Shown here piece by piece: positions 28,701-37,522 of a stretch of 45,075 nt of DNA. How positions within the stretch are numbered: position 1 is the first letter of the stretch; each line of letters begins with the position of its first letter. The notes under the pieces are model-generated. The model saw only the letters and a list, made by a program, of their open reading frames with translations, made no database searches and was not told the DNA's origin. The position numbers and the translations under genes are program-made. The stretch spans positions 1 to 45,075 of the IMG/VR virus record IMGVR_UViG_3300033121_001869; one strand, written 5' to 3'. Source of the stretch: a virus (Duplodnaviria; Heunggongvirae; Uroviricota; Caudoviricetes).

Positions 28701-29475
28701 CTATGAAATATTTTTCATGCCTAGCATAATCAGGGTGTAATCCAGGTGCAGGTGTGTGAATTTCCTTATCAAAGATTGGCTCATACTGAGAAAGTCTTTC
28801 ATCCATATATTCCTTAGAAAGTCTTAATGGATGCCCACTATCATATAATATATTTGACAATTCAATTATATCTCTTTTCATGAAGAAAACATCACCAAAT
28901 ACAAATAACCCACCAATATTTAAACATTCATATATTTTATCAAAAATGGTTTCTATATTATAACAATGTTCAAGAACATTATTCATTATAACTAAATCAA
29001 ATTTAACATCAGGATTAAATTCTTCAATTGGTATACTATGTGTTTTAATATCATACCCACCCATTTTATTATTCTTATACGAACAATTAGGATGATTTAA
29101 ATAACTACTCAATAAAGGATCCAATAAATGTACTTCAACTGGATTTAAATAGTGTAGCATTGTTCTTAGATTAGTAAATGGTCCACATCCCAATTCAATT
29201 ATATTTTTAATTGGATATCCTCTATCGTATTCAACAATTGGATGATAAGAATTAAAATTACGATAATGATCGTAATTCCTATCATCATTTAACATAAGGC
29301 ATTGTTCCATCCAAGTTTTTCTTTCATAAAATTGAGCCTCTCTCCATCTATCCATATCAACACGGAGTATTTCACCATTTTCAATATAAATTGAATCATT
29401 TTTGGTGTTAAGTAATGCTTCGGCGCTTTGTCCGGTATGCACTATTATATTTTTATCTGTATATTGCTTGTTCAT
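28687..29475 (-). CDS. Class I SAM-dependent methyltransferase
   Basis: IELGCGP, LDPL, FDLVIMNNVLEH. Confidence 0.85.
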   Translation of the reverse strand: MNKQYTDKNIIVHTGQSAEALLNTKNDSIYIENGEILRVDMDRWREAQFYERKTWMEQCLMLNDDRNYDHYRNFNSYHPIVEYDRGYPIKNIIELGCGPFTNLRTMLHYLNPVEVHLLDPLLSSYLNHPNCSYKNNKMGGYDIKTHSIPIEEFNPDVKFDLVIMNNVLEHCYNIETIFDKIYECLNIGGLFVFGDVFFMKRDIIELSNILYDSGHPLRLSKEYMDERLSQYEPIFDKEIHTPAPGLHPDYARHEKYFIGVKK

Positions 29476-30187
29476 AGTATCTTTTTATTATTTGCCAATA
29501 ATCGGGGTGTCTGATATCATTTTCATCGAAAACATCACCAACAAATTCATAGTCTTTTCTTATAGTTGGAAAGGGGCGAATTTCTCCTCCAAATTTTAAA
29601 CCAAATTCAGAATGTTCCAAAGAATCCCGATAGACTATCGGATATATTATTTTTGCTAAAAAATCTTGATCAACACCTAATTGATAATTCATTCTAAGAC
29701 TCGTCCAGTATTTTATCTTATCAATAAGATTGATTTGTCGTAAATATTCTGCTTTTGCTCCGAACATCCCACCCATGATAGGAGCCAAATGATGTGGATG
29801 ATCTCTCATTATATGAAACTTTTTACCAGACTTTATCCATTCTTGAACAGCTTCAAATTCTCTTAAGCTTAATCTAGAATCACAATCTCTTGATATAAAA
29901 ATATCCACATCATCATTCTCGGTTGGTAGAAATCTCCAAAACATACCCTGATGAGAATGTTGATAAGAACCGTTATAAGTCTCACCAATCAAATTGGGTT
30001 CAACTAAAACAACTTCAACATTCTCACCGACTAAAGTATTTATAAGATTTTCATCACAATTTTTATCTATATAAAATCTACATATCCAACCAGGATATAT
30101 TAACTTGGCAAGTTTTATATTTTCTACTGCGCCTTTCCAATAAATAGATTTATTTCCCCAAAGACTAAAAGATATTACATTCTTCAT
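29453..30187 (-). CDS. Putative GT-A-fold glycosyltransferase
   Basis: ISFSLWG, MFWRF, SRDCDSR (DxD), IMRDHP.H, MGGMFG, DQDFL. Confidence 0.7.
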   Translation of the reverse strand: MKNVISFSLWGNKSIYWKGAVENIKLAKLIYPGWICRFYIDKNCDENLINTLVGENVEVVLVEPNLIGETYNGSYQHSHQGMFWRFLPTENDDVDIFISRDCDSRLSLREFEAVQEWIKSGKKFHIMRDHPHHLAPIMGGMFGAKAEYLRQINLIDKIKYWTSLRMNYQLGVDQDFLAKIIYPIVYRDSLEHSEFGLKFGGEIRPFPTIRKDYEFVGDVFDENDIRHPDYWQIIKRYYEQAIYR

Positions 30188-30969
30188 ATGTGTTTCCAAA
30201 TTTTTCTGTTTAAAACTCTATAAATGGTATTGATATCTACCTTATAAATTTCTGAAAGTCTTTTTGGTGTCAAGTTAGATTTTCTAATTTTCAACACATC
30301 GTCTTCAGATAGTTTAGCTAAGTTATTTTTAGATCCAAGTTGAGATCTATTTCCCATTTTATAGGTATGTATCTTATTTTCGGACGATGTAACCCATTCC
30401 AAGTTTGAATAATGATTATTTAATTTATCAGAATCAATATGATTAACTTCCTTCTTATTTTCCGGATTTAAAATGAAATGTAAAGCTACCAATCTATGAG
30501 TCGATATATATTTTCTTTTTTTAGAATTTTTTATTGAAATTCTCATATTTGAATACCCATTCAATCCTACTCTTCCAGGTATAACATCTCCCCTAAGGTT
30601 TTCAACTCTACCTGTATCATATATAAAATAGTTATATTCCCTATCATCTATTATAATTTGTTTTTTGTTGTTTGATTTACATGGTATACACTTATCAAAT
30701 TTAAATTTGAATCTCTGATTACTCCTTCTATCATTATTTTCCTCCCATGTTATGAATTGTAAATTATTTAAACTGGCAATTTCTTCAAAAGGAATGTTTT
30801 TTAAAAATCCCTCTCTTACTGGAATTATATGATCTATTTGATATGATCCTGTCATTCCTGATAATCCTCTTTTATTTTTATCATATCCATCAACTAGATG
30901 TACAACTTTTTCAGTCTCATACCTAACTAACTCAGTGTATTCTTTTAGCTTTAATAAATCAATTTCCAT
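30184..30969 (-). CDS. Homing endonuclease with two HNH modules and a C-terminal HTH
   Basis: YQIDHIIP..NNLQFITWEEN and HRLVA..VNHIDSDKLNN..NLEWVTSSEN; AKLSEDDV. Confidence 0.85.
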   Translation of the reverse strand: MEIDLLKLKEYTELVRYETEKVVHLVDGYDKNKRGLSGMTGSYQIDHIIPVREGFLKNIPFEEIASLNNLQFITWEENNDRRSNQRFKFKFDKCIPCKSNNKKQIIIDDREYNYFIYDTGRVENLRGDVIPGRVGLNGYSNMRISIKNSKKRKYISTHRLVALHFILNPENKKEVNHIDSDKLNNHYSNLEWVTSSENKIHTYKMGNRSQLGSKNNLAKLSEDDVLKIRKSNLTPKRLSEIYKVDINTIYRVLNRKIWKHI

Positions 30970-31111
30970 CAATCTTACGCATATATTCTCTAACCAAAGA
31001 TTCTATTAACTTTGATTTATTTAAATTTTTGTCACTAATATGTTCTAAGAATTTTTTATATAATTCTGGATCCAGAGTATAGAAATCTCTAATCTTTCTT
31101 ATTTTTTCCAT
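30959..31111 (-). CDS. Small ribbon-helix-helix-like DNA-binding protein (50 aa; not in ORF track)
   Basis: MEKIRKIRDFYTLDPELYKKFLEHISDKNLNKSKLIESLVREYMRKIDGN: strand-helix-helix pattern; overlaps the HNH start. Confidence 0.7.
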   Translation of the reverse strand: MEKIRKIRDFYTLDPELYKKFLEHISDKNLNKSKLIESLVREYMRKIDGN

Positions 31112-31142
31112 ACTCTATATATAAAGTATGCTTTTCTCCCTT

Positions 31143-31169
31143 TGTGAAAAATGTGAAAAATGTGAAAAA
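31143..31169. repeat. Three perfect tandem copies of TGTGAAAAA
   Basis: Copies at 31143-31151, 31152-31160 and 31161-31169. Confidence 0.9.
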
Positions 31170-31189
31170 TTAAAATAGAGAAATTTTAT

Positions 31190-31774
31190 TTACCAACCAT
31201 CATCACTTGAAGGTCTATCAATATAGCTGGAGTAACTATCAATAATGGATTGTAATTCAGATTTCAATGACTCCATCATTTCAGGAATTTTTGTTTTAAA
31301 TGGTTTATATGAATACATTTTTGGTAAATCCTGATTTGGTTGTATTTTATCAGCATGATAAGTACTGGTTGTCATATAAGCATCGGAACAATAAACATTA
31401 TCAATAATTATTTTATATTTGCCATCTTTAATTTTAAATGTCACACTATATGAATATATAAATTTATATCCAGCCATAGTAACCGACATGAATTGTTGAG
31501 ATATTCCTTTAATCAATATAACTCCATTTTCCTTATCATCATTTTGAATAACATCCTTAGATGACTTCCATTCCTTTGCAATAAACATTTTAGTATCAGA
31601 ATAAAGCTGATCTTTTGTTTTTGATATGGTGTCTGTTTTAGTAAAAATGAATGATTGGTCTGTTTTTGTGACTTGTTGAGTATCTATTGGATAAACATCG
31701 TCTCCTCCCTTAGAAAAGGATAGGAATGTAATCATTAATAATGAGGTAAATAATATTTTTAATTTAATTTTCAT
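31190..31774 (-). CDS. Secreted DUF4468-like protein
   Basis: Signal peptide; KDQLY..FIA..KSSKDVIQ.DDKENG.I..KG..KDGKYK. Confidence 0.65.
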   Translation of the reverse strand: MKIKLKILFTSLLMITFLSFSKGGDDVYPIDTQQVTKTDQSFIFTKTDTISKTKDQLYSDTKMFIAKEWKSSKDVIQNDDKENGVILIKGISQQFMSVTMAGYKFIYSYSVTFKIKDGKYKIIIDNVYCSDAYMTTSTYHADKIQPNQDLPKMYSYKPFKTKIPEMMESLKSELQSIIDSYSSYIDRPSSDDGW

Positions 31775-31987
31775 AATTATCGTTTTTAATTCTATATCAT
31801 TTTATGAATTTGTTTAATATCAGTAAAAAAATCAAAAAATATATTATCTATTAGGTGTTAATCATGATTCTGTATTGATAACATCATAAAAATATATTTT
31901 CAAAAATGAAATTATTAAAAAATGTAATAGAAATTATCAAAATAATCATTAAGATTATAGATATATTAATCTATTTTATAGATCTAA

Positions 31988-32293
31988 TTACCAAGGTGTA
32001 TTATATGTAAAGGTATCACCAACCGAGTGATAGAAAAACCAATCAGGTGGTGTAATTGACTTACCGTGTAAATAAAGTATATTAGTACTACTATCATTTC
32101 TAACATTCATACCCCATAATAACGTATCATTATTATCAGGATAGTCATAGGGTCCATCTTTTAAGATTACGATTCCTTTATTTGTTAGTCCGGGGATATG
32201 TACTGGATTTTCAATAGTATCTGATATAGAATCCTTTTTACATCCAATTAATAAACTAGATATAATTATTAATGGTAAAATTAATCTTTTCAT
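31988..32293 (-). CDS. Putative lipoprotein
   Basis: MKR, hydrophobic core, lipobox LIGC followed by KKD. Confidence 0.7.
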   Translation of the reverse strand: MKRLILPLIIISSLLIGCKKDSISDTIENPVHIPGLTNKGIVILKDGPYDYPDNNDTLLWGMNVRNDSSTNILYLHGKSITPPDWFFYHSVGDTFTYNTPW

Positions 32294-32333
32294 AGTATTT
32301 ATATTTAATTTTTTATTCATAGTTTATTTGGAT

Positions 32334-32729
32334 TTATTCCAAAATATTATCAATTCTAAGATGTCTCTTAATTGATTTCACTTCTAATACCTGTAATACA
32401 ATATAATTGACCTGATCGATTACATAATTCTTATCACGATATGTTGAATCTTTGTCTAAGATAAAATGTGGCAAATTCAAATTAATCAAATCTCCAGAAT
32501 GTCCACAATCAAATCCGATTCTAATTCCACCATTAACAGATTCTTGATAAGTGATGCCACCATGACATTCTATTTCATCTTCATAATCAAATTGCGGATA
32601 ATCATTGGGTATGGTTACATATCCACACCAAAATTTTCCAAAAGTTTGTCTTTGTATTTGGCAAAATAATCCATTACTATACCATTCTTGATAATCCCCT
32701 TCCAATGAAATAGTCAAATTCCAATCCAT
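32334..32729 (-). CDS. Conserved phage hypothetical protein (CGYV/HGGITY/GFDCGH) with C-terminal RHLRIDNIL tag
   Basis: Motif pattern common in phage proteins; possible metal ligands. Confidence 0.7.
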   Translation of the reverse strand: MDWNLTISLEGDYQEWYSNGLFCQIQRQTFGKFWCGYVTIPNDYPQFDYEDEIECHGGITYQESVNGGIRIGFDCGHSGDLINLNLPHFILDKDSTYRDKNYVIDQVNYIVLQVLEVKSIKRHLRIDNILE

Positions 32730-32750
32730 TATACAAATATAAGGAAAATT

Positions 32751-33215
32751 TTAAATTGTTGCTGCCTGAAAATGCATTCCATCTTTTCTTGTCCAAGTAC
32801 CTCCCCATTCTGCACCAGCATCTAAGAAACATTGTACAAATTCCTGTGATAATTTTGGAACCATATTCAATCCATTTTCAAATGCGTTTATATCACAAGC
32901 TAAAGCCCAAGAGTGTAAACTTAGTGAAGATAGACCTCTTTTCTGTCTAATAATAAAACAACCATCCCAAGTTTTCATTTCTTTGGACAATCCTCTTGAT
33001 ATTATATTTCTTAATGCCTTTTCTAATATTGGCTGAAAATCTTTATTAACAAAGATTTTTTTAGGAAATCCTACTGTACCTACAGCAGAAAATCTAACAT
33101 GTGTAAGACTATCTCTTATATCCTGAGGAACCTGCCAGATAGTAAACCATTTGTTTTGAGTCTCTAATAAATTTGGATCTCCGTACTTTTTTAATGCTTG
33201 TTGTGATGTTACCAT
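32751..33215 (-). CDS. M15-family peptidoglycan peptidase (endolysin)
   Basis: R..SLHSWALACDIN..WGGTW..DGMHFQ. Confidence 0.88.
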   Translation of the reverse strand: MVTSQQALKKYGDPNLLETQNKWFTIWQVPQDIRDSLTHVRFSAVGTVGFPKKIFVNKDFQPILEKALRNIISRGLSKEMKTWDGCFIIRQKRGLSSLSLHSWALACDINAFENGLNMVPKLSQEFVQCFLDAGAEWGGTWTRKDGMHFQAATI

Positions 33216-33264
33216 TATAATTATATTTTTTCATTATATATAATTATAAGTAATGCCTGAGAAA

Positions 33265-33984
33265 TTAAATTGGATTTCTATGATGTAAAGTCAATTGTCC
33301 ATAAGTATCAGATGGGTACAAATCTATTAAATGTAATCCATGTTGAGATATTAATCTATGGGGTTCAATTTTATATTTCTTACATAAAAGAGACCATATA
33401 GATTGATCATGTCTATGATCACCAAATTCAGGGTAATTATCTCCAGTTATATTTGGTAAATCAGTTATTATATTTTCATTTTGAGCATATTCCAAGTATT
33501 CTTTAACCAAATTAACAGTAAAATCATTCTTAATTATCCAAATATATGTTGCCTCTCTTTGAGAAGTATCATAGTATTCCGGGGAATCTAATCCCATTAG
33601 GACAAAAGCATCTTTTTTAGTATAACATTTTTCAAATAAACCATTCAACTCAAATGATAAAACTCCATGTTTATCTTTACTAACTTTATCCAATAAAGGT
33701 TGAAGGCTAGCTTGATAATAAGATCCAGAATCAGAATAAACCAATAAGTCACCATCTTGCATTTTTTCTAATGTCTTATTTAAGAAATAAGGTTTCCATA
33801 TCCACGATCCAAATCCTCTATGTATATTAAAAATGTTTTTATTTTTCTCCAAAAATGCAGCATCAATATCTTTATATCCATAACTATATACCTCATCAAA
33901 TCCGGCATGTATAGCGGATTGAGAACAATATTTTTGAGCTTGCAAATATCTATTATGTGCGAAATTAATGTGATACTTCCTCAT
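33265..33984 (-). CDS. Putative glycosyltransferase
   Basis: RGFG.WIWKP, YSDSG, HRHDQSIWSLL. Confidence 0.7.
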   Translation of the reverse strand: MRKYHINFAHNRYLQAQKYCSQSAIHAGFDEVYSYGYKDIDAAFLEKNKNIFNIHRGFGSWIWKPYFLNKTLEKMQDGDLLVYSDSGSYYQASLQPLLDKVSKDKHGVLSFELNGLFEKCYTKKDAFVLMGLDSPEYYDTSQREATYIWIIKNDFTVNLVKEYLEYAQNENIITDLPNITGDNYPEFGDHRHDQSIWSLLCKKYKIEPHRLISQHGLHLIDLYPSDTYGQLTLHHRNPI

Positions 33985-34654
33985 AATTAATTTTATCATT
34001 TTTTATATCTCTGTTGATTTTACTACAAAGTGGTTGTAAATTCGAGTAATGATTTAATTTTAAAAATTCATCCTCTGAAGTTGAATAAGAAATAGGAATT
34101 ATATGATCTATATCCCAACCATAATTAAATTCACCATTATACAATCCATGATTATCCCAATTCATCCAAGGTTTAAATTGTGATTCTAAATGAATTTTAA
34201 ATTCTTTAAATGAACATCCTAAAATTTCCTCCGTCTTTGATTTTTTAATCAAAAAGCTCTTCTTAAGAGCTCGTCTAATGGATCTCCTTATTAAAAAGGA
34301 TATTTTATAAAGATTATCATTTTTAAACCTTTTTTTATGATTTATAATTTTATTAAAATTTACTCGACTTCGATTATTTTTAGCATAGTTGGTACTATTT
34401 AGTCTCATCTTATCAAGATTATCATAATAATATTCTAGAGATTTTTTTCTAAATTTATCGGGATCTTCCTTCCTGCGATTTTTAGAATTATTCCTACTAA
34501 GTTCTCTTTTTTCATCAATATTCCTCAAATACCAATCCCTTTTTATATTCCTAAAACAGGAAATGCAATACGATTGATATCCATCATGCTTCTTTATATT
34601 TTTATGAAACTCTGATAAATCTTTAGATTCTCCACACTTTGAGCATTTTTTCAT
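33965..34654 (-). CDS. HNH endonuclease with N-terminal Zn ribbon
   Basis: CSKC..CISC; ILGCS..WDIDHIIP..NLQPL..IN. Confidence 0.85.
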   Translation of the reverse strand: MKKCSKCGESKDLSEFHKNIKKHDGYQSYCISCFRNIKRDWYLRNIDEKRELSRNNSKNRRKEDPDKFRKKSLEYYYDNLDKMRLNSTNYAKNNRSRVNFNKIINHKKRFKNDNLYKISFLIRRSIRRALKKSFLIKKSKTEEILGCSFKEFKIHLESQFKPWMNWDNHGLYNGEFNYGWDIDHIIPISYSTSEDEFLKLNHYSNLQPLCSKINRDIKNDKINYEEVSH

Positions 34655-34666
34655 ATAAGATATATA

Positions 34667-34822
34667 TTATATTTTTGTGCTCCCCCTTTTTAACTCCCTC
34701 AATTTATATAATCTCTCATATGACTTATGATTTCGGCAACAGAATTTTGCATCCTTTCTCATATAAGAAATATCTTTATCACAATTTCTATATTTACAAC
34801 TCCTGTTAGGATACTTTTTCAT
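34667..34822 (-). CDS. Small Cys/His zinc-finger protein, copy 1 (51 aa; not in ORF track)
   Basis: MKKYPNRSCKYRNCDKDISYMRKDAKFCCRNHKSYERLYKLRELKRGSTKI; ATGA overlap with the upstream gene; paralog at 38871-39026. Confidence 0.8.
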   Translation of the reverse strand: MKKYPNRSCKYRNCDKDISYMRKDAKFCCRNHKSYERLYKLRELKRGSTKI

Positions 34823-35859
34823 CTTGCGTAAATCATTCCCCATTTTTGTTTCCTTTCAGGAATTATTTCAATTTCTAATATCTCATCAAGTGATTTATAA
34901 TCTAAATTCCCACGATATTCGGAATACACAGGATCTCCCTCCATATGATAATCATTGGCAAATTCAGTATATCCCAAATCTGATAATATTTTTAAGCACT
35001 TTTTTGTATCCTCAAAACATTCCTCACACCACTCAAAAAGTATTAAACCACATTTTCTAGTCAATCCACTCAATGCTAAAAATTCAGCACCTTCAATATC
35101 CAATTTCAAAATATCAGGAATGCCATATATGTCTATTAAATAATCTAATGTGACAGAATTCATTTTAACTTCTCTCTTTGTTCTATCAAAAAAGTGACTA
35201 TGTCTTATTTCGGAAATCCATTTTTCATTTATAGAATTAATCCCAGGATTTGAATCACATATAAAAAAAGAAACCTCTTCATTTAATTTATCTGAAATAA
35301 TACAATTTAAAAGTGTCACATTAGGTATTGGATTTTGATTAAATTGATCAACATACATTGGATGAGCCTCAACAGCAATAATTTTTGAATTTGGATTACT
35401 CAATAATAATTCTCTGGTGAAATTGCCATGATTATATCCAATATCAAATATTAAACTCTCTTTATTATTATTCTTTTGGATGTCTTTTACATAAACATTG
35501 AATAAGACTTCTTTTCCACAAAGTGGATTGTTATAATCTATGACAGCTTTATCTTCATAAATATTTGTAACCCTTAATTTTCTTTGATTTGAATCAGTTA
35601 AATAATCACCAATTTTAACAGAAGGTGGTAACTGTGAGCTTGATATAGTCAATACTAAATTATTATCATAGTTTCCGAACTCTTCCTTTAAACCAACACT
35701 AACTTGGTCATTAACTGATAATCCGATTAATGAATCTTCAATTTTTTTAAATAAAGTATTAGATCCTATTTTTACCTTACCAAATCCATTTTCATGTGGA
35801 TTGGAATTTGCCGTTATTTGATATTCTACCAAAACGACATCATCTTTTTCAATTATCAT
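34819..35859 (-). CDS. SlyD/FKBP-type PPIase-like domain fused to an FkbM-family methyltransferase
   Basis: DVVLVEY..IEDSLIG..FG.YD..IDYNNPLCGKEVLFNV.V then IFDIGYNHG..VEA..TLD..LKLDIEGAE. Confidence 0.85.
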   Translation of the reverse strand: MIIEKDDVVLVEYQITANSNPHENGFGKVKIGSNTLFKKIEDSLIGLSVNDQVSVGLKEEFGNYDNNLVLTISSSQLPPSVKIGDYLTDSNQRKLRVTNIYEDKAVIDYNNPLCGKEVLFNVYVKDIQKNNNKESLIFDIGYNHGNFTRELLLSNPNSKIIAVEAHPMYVDQFNQNPIPNVTLLNCIISDKLNEEVSFFICDSNPGINSINEKWISEIRHSHFFDRTKREVKMNSVTLDYLIDIYGIPDILKLDIEGAEFLALSGLTRKCGLILFEWCEECFEDTKKCLKILSDLGYTEFANDYHMEGDPVYSEYRGNLDYKSLDEILEIEIIPERKQKWGMIYAR

Positions 35860-35912
35860 TAATTTTTAAAAATTTTTTCACTTATTATATAAGTTATTAT
35901 ATTCACTGTTTC

Positions 35913-36758
35913 TTATTTAAAAATGTTAAATAAGAAGTTTTTAATATTCTCAATTTTATTATTTTCCGGAATCTGATTATTATCAAACCAAGGTTGTCTT
36001 AACATATCAAGATATTTATCATCATTTTTATCTAATTCAATAATGAAATCTATCATATCACCCATTGTACTAAAATCATGAAAATTTACAAATGATTTTG
36101 TATTAAAATCATTTCCAATTTTATCACCACCCTTATATAAAGGTATTGAATTGACTGTCATGGGTTCCATTACCTTTTCTGTTATATACCAACTATATCC
36201 AGGTCTATATGCATTATTTTCAAAAGCTATAGAAAATTTATAATCTGATTGGAATTTACGCTTATCAGAAACAGGATATCCAATGTTATTCATCCATCTA
36301 CCACCCGAATCTACTTTCTTATATTTTGAAAGTTCTTGAACAAATAAATTTCTATCTTGACAATTTGGATTAGATGCAACAAAATTACAGAATTTTCTAT
36401 TAATGAGTAAATCATCAACCTTTTTATTTACTAAGTCATAATAACCACCATATAAAAGATAATGTGGAAGTCTATAATTACGAAAATCATCAATTTGATC
36501 AAATGAAAATGAATAGTCTGATCCTAACGGATCCTGATCCCTAAATACTGGTGCGATATTTTCTCCAATATAGCTAATTTTAATACTATTAAATTTTTGA
36601 TGAGAATTTCCAAATACTGAGTAAAACAAATAATCTGGGTTGTTGCTTATCTCAACAGTAAATTCTTGTTCTAATAAGTTATAAAAGTAGTTATCTTTTG
36701 GATTAAATCCTGGCCAAAAATCTGTGAAATTTATTTTAATTTTTTTCAAAATCTTCAA
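35913..36758 (-). CDS. GT10 alpha-1,3/4-fucosyltransferase-like
   Basis: FTDFW, FCNFVASN, YKKVDSGG, YKFSIAFEN..YITEK. Confidence 0.9.
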   Translation of the reverse strand: MKILKKIKINFTDFWPGFNPKDNYFYNLLEQEFTVEISNNPDYLFYSVFGNSHQKFNSIKISYIGENIAPVFRDQDPLGSDYSFSFDQIDDFRNYRLPHYLLYGGYYDLVNKKVDDLLINRKFCNFVASNPNCQDRNLFVQELSKYKKVDSGGRWMNNIGYPVSDKRKFQSDYKFSIAFENNAYRPGYSWYITEKVMEPMTVNSIPLYKGGDKIGNDFNTKSFVNFHDFSTMGDMIDFIIELDKNDDKYLDMLRQPWFDNNQIPENNKIENIKNFLFNIFK

Positions 36759-36820
36759 ATATTTTTATTATTATATTGTATTTATTTATTGATGTTTAAA
36801 TGTATATTAATACATAAAGG

Positions 36821-37522
36821 ATGAAAGAGTGCTCAGATTGTAAATTAACAAAAAATTTATCAGATATGGCTATTCATCATAAGAAGGATGATAAAATATT
36901 TTATCGAAATAGATGTTTAATTTGTCAAAAATTTTTTGACCAAAAAAGGTATAATAAAGAAAAAAGAAAAGATTATTATAAAAAGAACAAAGAATTGAAT
37001 AATGAATATTCAAGAAATTGGTCATTAAATAATAAAGAAAGAAAAAAAGAATTAAATAGTAGAAGGAATACACCCGAAAATAAACTAAAATATTCAACAT
37101 CGAAAAAGAAATGGAGAGAAAACAACAAGGACAAGGAGAAAGAATATGAAAAAAGAAGATATTCAAATAGAACTCCACTAAAAAAATTGGCAAATAATCT
37201 AAGAAATAGTATTAGATTATATTTAAAAAATAAAGGATTCATTAAAAAAAGTAAAACAGAAAAGATTTTAGGTTGTTCTTTTGAAGAATTTAAAATTCAC
37301 TTAGAATCACAATTTGAGGAGTGGATGACTTGGGACAATTGGGGTAAATTTAATGGTGAATTTAATTATGGCTGGGATATAGACCACATAATACCAATTA
37401 GTTCTGCCAAAGATGAATCAGATACAGTTACTCTTTGTAATTATAAAAATTTACGACCTCTTTGTTCTAAAATTAACAGACATATTAAAAGGGATAATCA
37501 ATCTAATCTTGATTCGCATTAA
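36821..37522 (+). CDS. HNH endonuclease, paralog of 33965-34654
   Basis: CSDC..CLIC; near-identical KKSKTE.ILGCSF.EFKIHLESQF..NGEFNYGWDIDHIIPIS. Confidence 0.85.
   Translation: MKECSDCKLTKNLSDMAIHHKKDDKIFYRNRCLICQKFFDQKRYNKEKRKDYYKKNKELNNEYSRNWSLNNKERKKELNSRRNTPENKLKYSTSKKKWRENNKDKEKEYEKRRYSNRTPLKKLANNLRNSIRLYLKNKGFIKKSKTEKILGCSFEEFKIHLESQFEEWMTWDNWGKFNGEFNYGWDIDHIIPISSAKDESDTVTLCNYKNLRPLCSKINRHIKRDNQSNLDSH

Noticed and set aside
31775-31987. ORF or structured RNA in this ~210 nt intergenic gap
   Set aside because: Only low-complexity short frames and no clear stem-loops
31190-32293. Spanin pair beside the endolysin
   Set aside because: No coiled-coil i-spanin or nested o-spanin arrangement; the genes are separated by about 210 nt
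32734-32741. Bacteroidota -7 promoter element TATATTTG upstream of 32729
   Set aside because: Matches TAnnTTTG but no -33 TTTG is visible and a single AT-rich hit is weak evidence
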